NCBI GenBank assembly: GCA_051362555.1
Contig: CM120640.1
Span: 27,986,503 to 28,050,502 of the forward strand
Source of the DNA: Lingula anatina
Taxonomy: Eukaryota; Animalia; Brachiopoda
DNA length: 64,000 bases
Direction of reading: 5' to 3'
Position 1 is the stretch's first letter. Every line of letters begins with the position of its first letter. The notes under the pieces are model-generated. The model was not told the DNA's origin. It ran no database searches and was given only the letters and a program-made list of their open reading frames with translations. The position numbers and the translations under genes are program-made. Below are positions 1 to 11,225 of this stretch, one piece after another.

Positions 1-251
1 AAATATCAATAGAGCAGTGTTAAATGTCCAATTTCTTCCATTCTGAGATTCTGAACATAGTGAATGATTGAATCTGACAAACTGCAATGATATGAGTTTA
101 TTTCCATTTTTGACACATTATTACACAATAAACGTTAACAAGTTTACCATCATTTTTACATAATCAACTAACAATGTTGTAAAGATGCAGGAAATGTCAA
201 ACAAACACTTTTACGTATCTTATTACTTAAATAATAAGGCTATTAACATGC

Positions 252-830
252 CTAAGAATTAAATCTGAGGAAATCTGAAGAAATGTGAAAAAACAGCATA
301 ACTTCTAAAATAATGCCCCGATTATGCTGATTTTCGAACTCAACCTGCGTTTTAGTAAGACTGACCATTCCTGTGAGTTTAATGACAATTGGGCTTTCTG
401 TTTTTCTTATATTGTGTTTACAGTGTTGCATATATGCTGAACAATGAAAAAACCGCATAACTACTAAAATAGTGGCCCGATCATGCTGATTTTCGAACTT
501 GACCTGCATTTTAGTAATATTGATTACTCCTGTGAGTTTCATGACAACAGGCCTAACGGTTTTCCTTAAAATGTGTTTACAAGGTTGCATATATGCTGAA
601 AAGTGAAAAAACAGCATAACTTCTACAATAATGGCCCGATCATGCTGATTTTCGAACTTGACCTATGTTTTATGAATATTCATCAGCTCTGTAAATATAA
701 AGCCAAAAAGTAAAACTGCCTTCCACTTATCGTGTTTACAAGGAAAGTGCACGGCGACGGCATCGCCATCGGCGACGACAGACGCAGGTGATGGCAATAT
801 GTACAGACACATCTGTGTCTGTACATAAAA
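252..830 (+). mobile_element. Helentron/HINE-like non-autonomous element fragment with about 3 x 159-bp internal tandem repeats and a 3' hairpin
   Basis: Three diverged copies of a unit starting TGAAAAAACAGCATAAC at about 286, 445 and 604. They are followed by GACGGC/GACGAC microrepeats and the hairpin TGTACAGACAC-ATC-TGTGTCTGTACA (about 800-826) ending in AAAA. Class assigned from architecture only. Confidence 0.6.
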
Positions 831-1389
831 ATGCTTAAATAGGCAATAAGAAATACTGAAATGTAGTTTCTTGTAAAATAAAGATATAAAATTTTATTAT
901 GGTTTAATATTTTATTTAAAGCAAGAAATTTTTAAAAAATGCAATATAGTGACCATTTCAAAGTAGAGAGTCAAATTACAGAAAAAAACTAAAAACAGTG
1001 TACTCAGTACGAATACAGTAATTTTTACATTCATAACTTTCAAATTTTTACAGTTCTAGGGATGAAGTATGTTTATAAAATATGCAATCTTTGAACAAAC
1101 TCCACCAAAACTGTCTGATGAAGAAACTAGTTTTCAAACCATTGTCAAAATGATGATAGTTTAAATAGTTGTATCCAGAGATCACGGTGGAATGCTATGG
1201 CTAAAGGGACAAGAAACCAAACAGAGAACACTGCTGATAATTGCTATAAATTACACTGACACACATCTGCCACATTATCACAGTGCTGTGACCCCGATAC
1301 TGTGAGTCAACCAACCAAATGTCACACCTGACAGTCTAAATCAACATCAGTTATCTCTGTTCATACACGATGTATGAATCACACACTGT

Positions 1390-3820
1390 TCAACTCTGCA
1401 TAACCTCTTGGGTTTGTGTTAGGATTTCTTGGGCAGCTACATATTCCTCAGTTTCTGCGAGTTCCTTTTCTACCTCCTGAAATAATCAAAGTACGAGCGT
1501 ATTCACAACAGATGATCTGCAGACTAAATATGGCTGACCCATCATAAAAGGAAGCCACTTAATCCACCATGGTCTCACCGCCTCCACACGTACCATTTAA
1601 CTGAGTAAATCTTGGTTCTGAGGCTTAGAACCCATTCCCACAGATTTTAGATCGATCTACCCCTGTGGAGAGTCTCACTAGATTTACTGTCAGCTTAGCC
1701 GGCTTAAGCCTCTGTCCCGCCTACTAAAAGCTGTTAGGGGGTAATTAACTGTCGTGCGCGCTCGGCTGACTGCAATTTAGCGTGAACCCCCAGGGAGTTA
1801 GGTTGATCCAGATGGATTGATCTAAATCTCTGGGAATGCACTCTAAATTTCTAGGTCCCTGCAGGGACAGTGAGTCTGGAGGTGGGGAGACCATCAGGGG
1901 ATTATAACTGGCTACTTTTTATGTGGGAACAACCATATTTAGTCTGCACATCATCTGTTCTGAATGTGCTGTTTGTGTTACATGGTAAATTTGACACTGG
2001 TGCAGGTGTCTTTTTTTTTTCTTCTTCTTTTTTTCAAGATCATCAAAAAAATAATAATAATAATCCATCATAATGGCCGCTGTTGTGAATGCTCCTTTTT
2101 TTTTGGCTTACATAAAAATACATTTAACTGATAAATAAGAAATTATAAAATAATATGCTGTGATTAAACCAAAAAAATACTTTATTGTGAAAATAATCTC
2201 CAACATCAGAATTATACTAAATAAAAAGGAAACTCACCAACATGTTTGCAAGTTCAGCATGAGCCTTTTTTAATCGTGTTAAGCAGTCTGGAATCATCAT
2301 TTTAGACTCTTGAAGAACTTCAGTCTGAAAAAAAAATATTATGAAAAACTTTGAATAATTAACTAATTTTTATGGCAGGTAAAGTGTTCTGAAAATTCAG
2401 GTTACTGGTAGGTCTATGCTAAACTGTGCAACACAAGGTAAACCTCAGACTGATCACTTACATCTCAAAAGTATAATGGGTGGCAGTGGAACTTAACTGA
2501 TGCAAAATATACCAAGAAACAGATTTCAAATGTGTTTTAAATGCTGTCCCCTTGAGGTCCAGTGGCAGTTTCATATCTAACATCTCAGGCCACTAGGACC
2601 ATCAATGCATGTTCTCAAATATCAGTGCTTCTTTTAAAGAAGTTTTTGAGATTTTAATAGCATTTTTAAGTCTTATTAAATTTACTGGTATTTTTAGAGC
2701 ATTTAAAGTCTTATTATGGCTATTAATCACAAAATTTATCTTAGACAAAAAATTGTCTTTTGGTCAAACTATCACACAGTGAAACTGTGGTTATTACTTG
2801 ATCTTTTCAATGGGGGAAATTGTGAATTTTACAGTGCTGTATTTGTTAAGTCATAATTTCTTAAAATTAGAACATTCCTGTTGAGTGGTAGCAACAAAAT
2901 TTTTAAAGCAGGCTGCTCTATGGTTCTATTTAATGCAGTAAAAACACCATAAATGCTCTATAGAAATATAATTTCACTATCATAAAATTATATCTGAAAG
3001 TTTGATTATTTTTGCCCATTAAAAAGATTGAGTAATTAACCTCCTTAGATCCCCTAGACATTGAATGTACATAGTTAATAACCATGACTAACTTGATCTA
3101 TTGCCTATATTATTCAAAAATTAAATCCCAAACAAAGGATGAAATAAACAAATAAGAAACTAACTTGTTTTTTTATGTCATACTCATCAGCATTTTCTGC
3201 TTTCATTTTTTCAATTTTTTCCTCTTGTTGAACCGCTTCCTTCTCATACATAGTCTTCTCCTTTGCAAGTCTGAAAAAATGTAAACATAGCTCATATGAT
3301 ATGTACAGGCAATAAAATTAATTAACCAAATCTTTGTTCTTGAGTGTATTTGCTTTACTTTTTATACATTCTCTGATGGGCTTCAGAAAAAAATTGGTGC
3401 ACATTTGCTGTCTATAAATTCATACTCTTGTGTTGATTTATCTGCACGGAATGCCAACTTAAAAATTAAAAACAAAATAGGGAAAAACTCGTTACAGTAC
3501 CTACCTGAACATACAGTGGTAAAAAATTATGCAAATTTTAGGTTGAGCTATACGACATAAACATTATTACCAGTTCTGAAGTGAAGTCACCTTTAAGAAA
3601 TAGCTGTCTTTTAAGTGCCTTAAACAGACTGTTGCTGAGTTTACACCTGCTACCATTAACAGTATTATTGATCTTCGACCTCTCTACTAGCATTACCCTA
3701 GGCTACTGGGCCAGGGAACACAGCACAATTACTAGTAGGTGGATACAAGTTAGCAAGTATGAAGTACCTTTTAACGACTCCAGTTTTTATTTTAATCTGC
3801 TTGATTCTTGGATCTGCCAT
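1390..3820 (-). CDS. TBCA: Tubulin-specific chaperone A (4 exons, 110 aa)
   Basis: Exons 3768-3820, 3165-3270, 2238-2324, 1390-1476, all GT-AG, 333 nt. Translation MADPRIKQIKIKTGVVKRLAKEKTMYEKEAVQQEEKIEKMKAENADEYDIKKQTEVLQESKMMIPDCLTRLKKAHAELANMLEVEKELAETEEYVAAQEILTQTQEVMQS*, a recognisable TBCA. Confidence 0.95.
1628..1843. mobile_element. PIF/Harbinger-like MITE, family A copy 1
   Basis: Inverted ends CCCATTCCCACAGATTTTAGATCGATC...GATCTAAATCTCTGGGAATGC with TTA/TAA flanks. The body is shared with 37693-37907 and 63286-63511. Confidence 0.75.
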
Positions 3821-4069
3821 AGTTGCACGTCTAGGAGTTAAAGCTTAAATGAAAAGTCAGATCTTTTTATAATAGTTGTCAAGTGATGTGAGTAACCAAC
3901 TAAGCTGACTCAAAGTTGATATTTGAAAATGAAGTAAGCGTATGTAATGCGCATGACAGGAAGTTGACCAATTAGATATGAATGGGTCAAGGTCAATAAA
4001 ATGCAACATGACTGATAGTAATGTACATGTACGTATGTTGTATCTAATTATTCTGCTTAAAGTCTTAAG
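3821..4069. promoter_or_regulatory. Short bidirectional promoter region between TBCA and the NAT8-like gene
   Basis: Divergent ATGs about 250 bp apart. TGCGCATG (NRF1-like) lies next to CAGGAAGT (ETS-like) at about 3948-3964. Confidence 0.5.
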
Positions 4070-4395
4070 ATGGGAATAGAAATCGAACCATGGAAACCAG
4101 AGTATGCAGCTGGAACTAAAATCGTTCTTGCTGAGGCCAGTTTCACAAATCTTTGGCCGTCTTTCCTGATTGCAGTAAAAAGACCAAGCGTGTTCTGGTT
4201 GTTCTCGTTTGTATGTGCTGTAGTGTACGGCTACACGGGTAGAATTCTGTTGACAGCGTTGACGTTACCCATCCTATGCCTAGGACTTTATTTACTTCTG
4301 CTTCTCGGAGTTCTTTATTACTTATGGGGCCCACCTCTCTGGGATATGAAAGAAGTACAAAAAGTGTATTTTTCAAGACCAGACGAGCATTTTTG

Positions 4396-7300
4396 CGGTC
4401 CTACGAAAATACGAAAACCGCGAAAACCGCGAAAACCAGAAGTTGCTAGGCGAAAACCTCACTATAACTTACCAATTCTCGATGTTCTCGACAAATTGCT
4501 GTAATATTTGGATAACTTGGACCATATTACATACATCATGACCTTTGATAACGATGTTGTAATGAATTGAGTATGTTACAGCTGAGTTTTCTAGATCGGC
4601 AACTATAGTGCGTGGGAGCCATGTTTGGTTTACAATTGGCATATATAAACAGCAGTGTCCCCTCAGGCCAGTATTGCCATATCAGGCCAGTATTGCCCTC
4701 TCATGCCAGTAATGCTCTCTCAGGCATATGAATGTGGATTACAGCACAATATTTTCTGCTTACTTAATACATACATATAAGAAAGTAACAAACATTTATC
4801 AAGTAACATTTACAACATTGTGCCAACTTTAAGTTAATTAATGCTTTATTTGTAAATGTGTTATTTGTGCATGAGAAAAATTCCTTCTAACTGTACATGA
4901 AGTTGTAAGAACTTTGTATTTGCATTAAACTTTATAAAAGAAATATTGAATCATTAAATGTTTTTCATCATAAAAAAGTTGTTTTTGTTTGTTCAAATCA
5001 TGTTAAAATAAAGGTTCTCTACATACCAAATTCCATTTTACCAAAACAGTTATCAATACATATTTAGTCAATTTGTGCACTGGCAATTTATTTTTTAAGA
5101 AAAGGGACTAAAGTCTTATTCTGAGACAACTACAGTGCATTGTTAATACTGACCCGTGGACTTGTGTGCTTTTTATTTTTAATGCATGGATTGTAGTATA
5201 TTTTATATTAATAACAGTTTTATCAAAGAACTTGTAGGTTCATTTGACATTACACTCATTAGGATCAGGTTGTCATTAATGGTATGCTTCTGTGGCTCTG
5301 TGCCCTCAGGTAAGTGCTAAATCAATAATGATCAAGAAATGATCAAGACTTAACTAGTTACAGCTGCAGTCTTAGCTGTCACTAATTATGTCCATCTAGC
5401 TGTCAGTGTCAACAAATTTAAGTTCACTGCTACTTATTTTCCATGAATTTTTGCAATTTCTTGGTGAATTTTTTACACATTTTGTCATTTTCAAACAGAG
5501 CTGAGAATTTGAATTAATGGGCCTGAAGCCATGTGATATTTGTTGCTGACTCTGCTGTCGATCAAAATGTATTATTGTATCAGCATTGATATTTTCTATC
5601 TTGTACCTCATTATTATTTATTTATTTATTTTTTTTTTTTTTTTTTGTCTGAAAGTTATGCAGTTTAGGGTGGAATTTCATTCACTTTTTTTTTTTTTTT
5701 TTTTTTGCATTTTCAATATGGGCATGAAACCTATTTATTAGTTCTGCTTAAAATTGTTGGTGGTAATGCTGTTAAGGATTATGTATTATTGCATCAAAAT
5801 GCATGAAACCCTCCTAGAGGAGATAAATAAAAATCGATGGTTATTATGTTGTTTATCACTTCATTTTTCGATTTTGTTTCTTTCAAATGGATGTATATAC
5901 TTAATATTGTGTTAATTTGTTAAAAAAAGTCAGAGAGCAGTTACAATAAACAGTATTACTTAAAGTAGATAAATAAAAATTGATGGGGATTATGTTGTAT
6001 ATCACTTAATTTTTCAATTTTCTGTTTCTTTCAAATGGATGTATATAGATTGTGTTAATTCATTAAAAAATAAGGTCAGAGAGCACTTAAACTTAACATA
6101 ATCTAATAAATTGATTTTAATTAGAATCCAAGGGTGCATTTGTTTGTGAAAAGTATGCAATCATAATGACCATCAGTTAATTAAAAATCCCATAGGTGTT
6201 GAATTTCCAGAATACACAGACTGTATGTTTTTTTCCTTTAAGAATTCTACCCAAATGTGTGCTTGGCCTTCTGGCTGTTTCATGATATTAGAATATATGA
6301 TGAATATGCATTATTAGATGCATCTTTAACTCGATAAAATAAGTATTTATAATGTGTGTCTCAAAATATACTTTTCTGTTTGTTAGCTTGTTAACTTGTT
6401 TGTGTGAAAGAAATCCCAGGTCTTCACAAAATTTGAACCATTTTACCACACCAAATTTAATATATGCAATTCAGTCATTTCTTTTACACCTGCGGATAAC
6501 AGTTAGCCATTGTCAACTTAACCCTCCTAACCACAATACTTACTGGACTGATTCAATCATAACATCTAAACAATGACATGAATTCAGTAGGTAGTAAATC
6601 CCAATGGTAATCAGATAGATACAAAAATTCTTTTAAGAAAACGCAATTTGTGCTGTGTATGTGGTATGCATTTCAGACTAGCGAGTTCTGAGAATAAACA
6701 CATCCAAATCGTTCAATGCATTTGTCTGAAGTTTTTTATTTTGGCCTTAGAACATGTTACATATGAATAAGTATGGGTGCTCTGTAAAGCGCAACACAAT
6801 CTATGACCTATGTAGATTCATAATAATTTGTCTAAGTACATGTATTCTGATTATAGTTTTATCAGGGTTTAAACCCATTTATGATGGCTAAAGCATTTAG
6901 AACTAAAGCAACATTTGTTTTTGACCTAGAATAATGTCCCCTTTCAAAAGTAGTTCAAATCATATGGGAGCTATATGCTATTGCCAAAGCATAATTCTTA
7001 TTTGGCCAGATATTTAAAGGAATAAAGTTTTAGAGGAGAATTAATACGGTAGAGAGCTGACAATTTTACAAATATAGGCCACATTCAGAATAGTGGACTA
7101 ATGATCTGTTTCAAAATTGTTACCTTCCTTTCCCTATATATTATACACCATTGAGAAATGCATTGGTTGAGAACTTATAATACTTTTAAAGTACAAAGTG
7201 TACACAATAGTTTATTAATAATGGCAACTAGAAAAGCACTAAGAGACCGCAGACCTCCACTAAGGCAGCTGAGTGTCCATCCAATGCCATTTCACTCCTA

Positions 7301-9193
7301 AGTTTTCATTCTATAATGATTTAGTTTTTTATTATTGATTGATTATTGATCCAGTTCACCACCAAAAACTAATCACTTCTAAGTTAACCCATTTCTGACC
7401 TACCCTGAAAATGCCATCGAAATTTATCCATAACTTTTTAGTTATGATGATGACAAACAAACAAACAAACAAACAAACAAACAGGGGTGATAAAACATAG
7501 CCTCTTTGGCAGAGGTAATAATATTCTTTACAAGAAAACTAACACTTTTTATTTCATATTCCTTTTATTATACCAAGCAGAATGCAAGCCCAAGGACTCT
7601 GTTTGGTATATTACATGCTTTAAAATATATGGCAAATGAAATATACAAGCACACACTATTATTTACTATTGATCAACTTCCTGGCAAATAAGAACTGTCA
7701 ACAGTCCCTTGATATTACAGCATGCCAATAATCAGCAAATAGTGGAAAATACCAAGGTGTTAACATGTTATGGACTATCTTGATATACATAACTTCATTT
7801 GCTTTTTGGCAATCTTCAACAAAACACATGCAGGGTGCTTCAAACTGATAAAAACTTACCATACAAAAAGTTGAAGTGTTAAAACACAGCATAGACACAG
7901 AAATGATGAAATAGATATGGAATTGAAAGATAATCATATCATATCAATTACGAAATTAGATGTGCACTGCCTAAAACTCTAGGAGTAACCTATTTATTAT
8001 GTCAATCACATAACATCATTCAGTTGTAATCTGTTATATCTCCTTTCAAGAGAAAATGCCTCCTGCAAATCAGAGTACCAGTACATGTGTTTAATGTGTG
8101 TTCCTTTTTCCTTTTTTTTCTCTATTATTGTGCATATAATATATATGCATGATTAACTGACTATTGACATTTTTTCAGAGTTAAAAGAGCTTATCTCTGT
8201 ATACTGGCACATACACAGGACCCAAATGTAAAAACAATTAAACACATTGATTTGAAGGTAAAATGTGTATTAGACGCCTTAGGATGCACATATATACAAT
8301 CTACATCGTATAAATTAATTGATGCTTTAGAAATGGATTTAGTTTATTAAGCGGAAAACAAATAGTGTAACAAATGGCTGTGCATGAATATCTTTTCAAA
8401 AAGAGTAAGATAAAATGTGATTAAATAACAAAATCAGTGGCCATGGATCAAGTTCAGAGGAAAAAATGTTTTAATAAAAATAATTTAATTGTATTCACCA
8501 TTATTATATATATTGTATATTATCAATTATGTTAATTAGAACCTACATTTTCATAATGCTTTATAAATTGCTCTATGCTGGTCACTTTATTAAACAATGC
8601 TACTCATTTTATATTTGGAAAAGTAGGAGTGTAAATTCTATGCAGGTTCAAAGCTCATACAATATAGACTCTACATGTGTGGTGTATTAAAATGGGCACT
8701 TTTTACAAGCATTGATGTGTAGTTTCACTTCTGGTTGGAATGAAAAAAAAAGTTCTACTTTGTGCATATTTATTAAATCCTATTTATTAATAAACTTTGC
8801 ATTACTAAGAATGCCGGTAATCTGTGTTATCCACTTCATATAGTACTTGAGAGAGTATTACTTGCCTGGAAAAGCATTACTAACCTGAGAGGGCAATACT
8901 GGCCTGATATGGCAATACTGGCCTGAGGGGACACTGCTGTTTATATATGCCAATTGTAAACCAAACATGGCTCCCACGCACTATAGTTGCCGATCTAGAA
9001 AACTCAGCTGTAACATACTCAATTAATTACAACATCGTTATCAAAGGTCATGATGTATGTAATATGGTCCAAGTTATCCAAATATTACAGCAACTTGTCA
9101 AGAACATCGAGAATTGGTAAGTTATAGTGAGGTTTTCGCCTAGCAACTTCTGGTTTTCGCGGTTTTCGCAGTTTTCGTATTTTCGTAGGACCC
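4396..9193. mobile_element. Mutator (MULE)-like non-autonomous DNA transposon, 4.8 kb, about 310-340-bp TIRs, 9-bp TSD
   Basis: GCATTTTTG is duplicated at 4387-4395 and 9194-9202. 4396 to about 4703 is a near-perfect reverse complement of about 8887-9193. No long ORF inside. Long TIRs with a 9-bp TSD are the Mutator signature. Confidence 0.85.
7228..7520 (+). mobile_element. Helentron-associated (HINE/DINE-like) element nested in the MULE-like element
   Basis: Starts ACTAGAAAAGCACTAAGAGACCGCAGACCTCCACTAAGG. Contains an (ACAA)n microsatellite and a 3' hairpin/subterminal inverted repeat CCTCTTTGGCAGAGGTAAT. Confidence 0.6.
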
Positions 9194-11225
9194 GCATTTT
9201 TGGGTTGCAGTGAAGGATGGATGTGAAGTCGTTGGGACAATTGCTATTGTTCAAAAAGAAAACACAAAAAACGACAACAGAAGAGTGGCGTGGCTAAGGC
9301 GCATGGCGGTATCTAAAAAACACAGAGGATTGGGCATTGCAAAGAAACTCGTTGCAACCAGTATTGAATTTTGTATGAGTCATAACTATGACAGCATTTT
9401 TTTATTGACTACTGAAGTTCATCACGCTGCAAGGAGTCTGTATAAAAACATGGGGTTCCAGCTCATAAATTACAGGCCTTATGTCTACATGAAAGGACTG
9501 CTGCATATATGGACATATGAATTTCAGTATGACCTAAACAAATGTAATGAATCGGAGTAGATTAGGTGGTTTAAGCCATTTTTGAAGCATTTGTTCAACA
9601 TTGTGATGTGCAGAATGTACTAGTGATGTTTGGTTACTATTTTAAAATGAATTGCACCATTGATGAGGAACATACATTGCAAATTTCAAGACTGCATATA
9701 ATTAATCGACCCACTGACAGTATGTATTAGTACTTGTAAAATTTGCTATCTTGCCACGTACATGTACAGTGGGACCAAGAATGTACTAGTAATCATAATG
9801 AAACGTAAGATGACTGGGATAGCCAAGACTTACACTTACTATTGACACTAATGAGCTAGTTGGATGTATAAACATTAATGTGATTACTTAATTTTGAAAG
9901 GATAAGCTGAGGATAAGCTTTTATTAGATGCTTATGGTTATCAGCTTTTGCTGTGATAAAAATAAGATGCCTGTAATAAAGGCAACATAGTTGCCATTGT
10001 AATGCACTTACTTATGATGCAATCATGATTCCTGTTATAAGTAATCAAGATTATATGGAATAATTTAAAGGGTATTTAACATTTGCATGTGCATTAATTG
10101 AGTTTTTGCTATAGATACAGTAAATTACTTGTTGGTATTGCTAAAGTTGGTATTATATTTACAGTTTTTACATTATGTTAAACCAAAGAGGTAAACATTT
10201 TTACAGTACATTTATGCTCACTGATGCAATTTTTGTGGTTGAATTTCTTGGTGGATTTTTTAAGCATTCCATCATTTAATTTTGTATTAGAGTTTAAGTA
10301 TTAATTTTATAGCATTAGCTGGATCTTATTTTGTTTAATTTTATGTTGAATTATATTTTTATTATAGCATTTTGAAAAGTATACCATTTTTACTGATATA
10401 TTTGAAATAATTTTTACTATTGTGGATCAATTTTACTTGCGTCAGTCCATTTGGATTCGTCCATTAACTGTTGCTTATAAAGCTTTTTGGTAGCTTTAAT
10501 TAAATTGAATTGGCCGATGATTTTTTCAATTATTTTTAAAACTATCTTGTTATTTTCAATATATTACTGCACCATGCATACTTACTGGTTATGGTTAAAG
10601 ATAACTTGTCATTTTCCTTTATACTGCTTCTTATCAACAAAATTTTGTGGAGAGCATCTAATGCTTTTAGCGCTTTGCCTCCATTTCTTTTGAATAAACA
10701 TCGTTTAAAAAAAATCAACAAAATATTCATAACTGCACTTTGATAAAAAAATAAGAAAAGACACCAATTACCTAAGCATATTTTATTATCTGTGAGGATT
10801 TATATTTTTTTCGCAGACTTCAGTAAATTTATTTTCCTGTTTCACAATATCATATAACTCATTGGATAGAATCAAAATTGATACAGGATTAATCCAAGAA
10901 TGGTCATTTAGTCTATGTTGTATTCACATATTTCATTTTTTTAAACCAAAAATTAAGTTGTGAGATTGAACTAAGTTTGTCCTTTGTTTCTTCTTTGTTT
11001 GTCTCCATTACAGTATTATCATAATAAATAATGTTCCACAAAGCAAATGAAATCTATGCAGTAACAACAAATGAGGTTTGCGCCATCCTACTTAATTTCT
11101 TTCTTGAATAATTTGCAACAAAAATATAAGAATTTGACATACATAACAGTTCACTTCTGTGAAATCACAGTGATAGTTTTTGAGTTTTTAACAAAATCAT
11201 ATCCAAGTAAGTAATTTAATGGCTC

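Larger units (their letters stand above)
4070..9560 (+). pseudogene. NAT8/camello-like GNAT N-acetyltransferase, single coding exon (227 aa) interrupted by a transposon
   Basis: Joining 4070-4395 to 9203-9560 (removing the element and one TSD copy) gives an open 684-nt frame. It has two hydrophobic segments, then ...YFSRPDEHFWVAVKDGCEVVGTIAIV...LRRMAVSKKHRGLGIAKKL...IFLLTTEVHHAARSLYKNMGF. The FWVA, RxxGxA acetyl-CoA and ALYxxxGF motifs are typical of the NAT8 family. Confidence 0.85.

Noticed and set aside
252-617. 121-aa repetitive ORF
   Set aside because: It is a translation of the 159-bp tandem unit with no domain signal or gene structure.
4396-9193. Ordinary intron in the NAT8-like gene
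   Set aside because: The boundaries are TIRs with a 9-bp TSD, not GT-AG at the positions that precisely restore the ORF.
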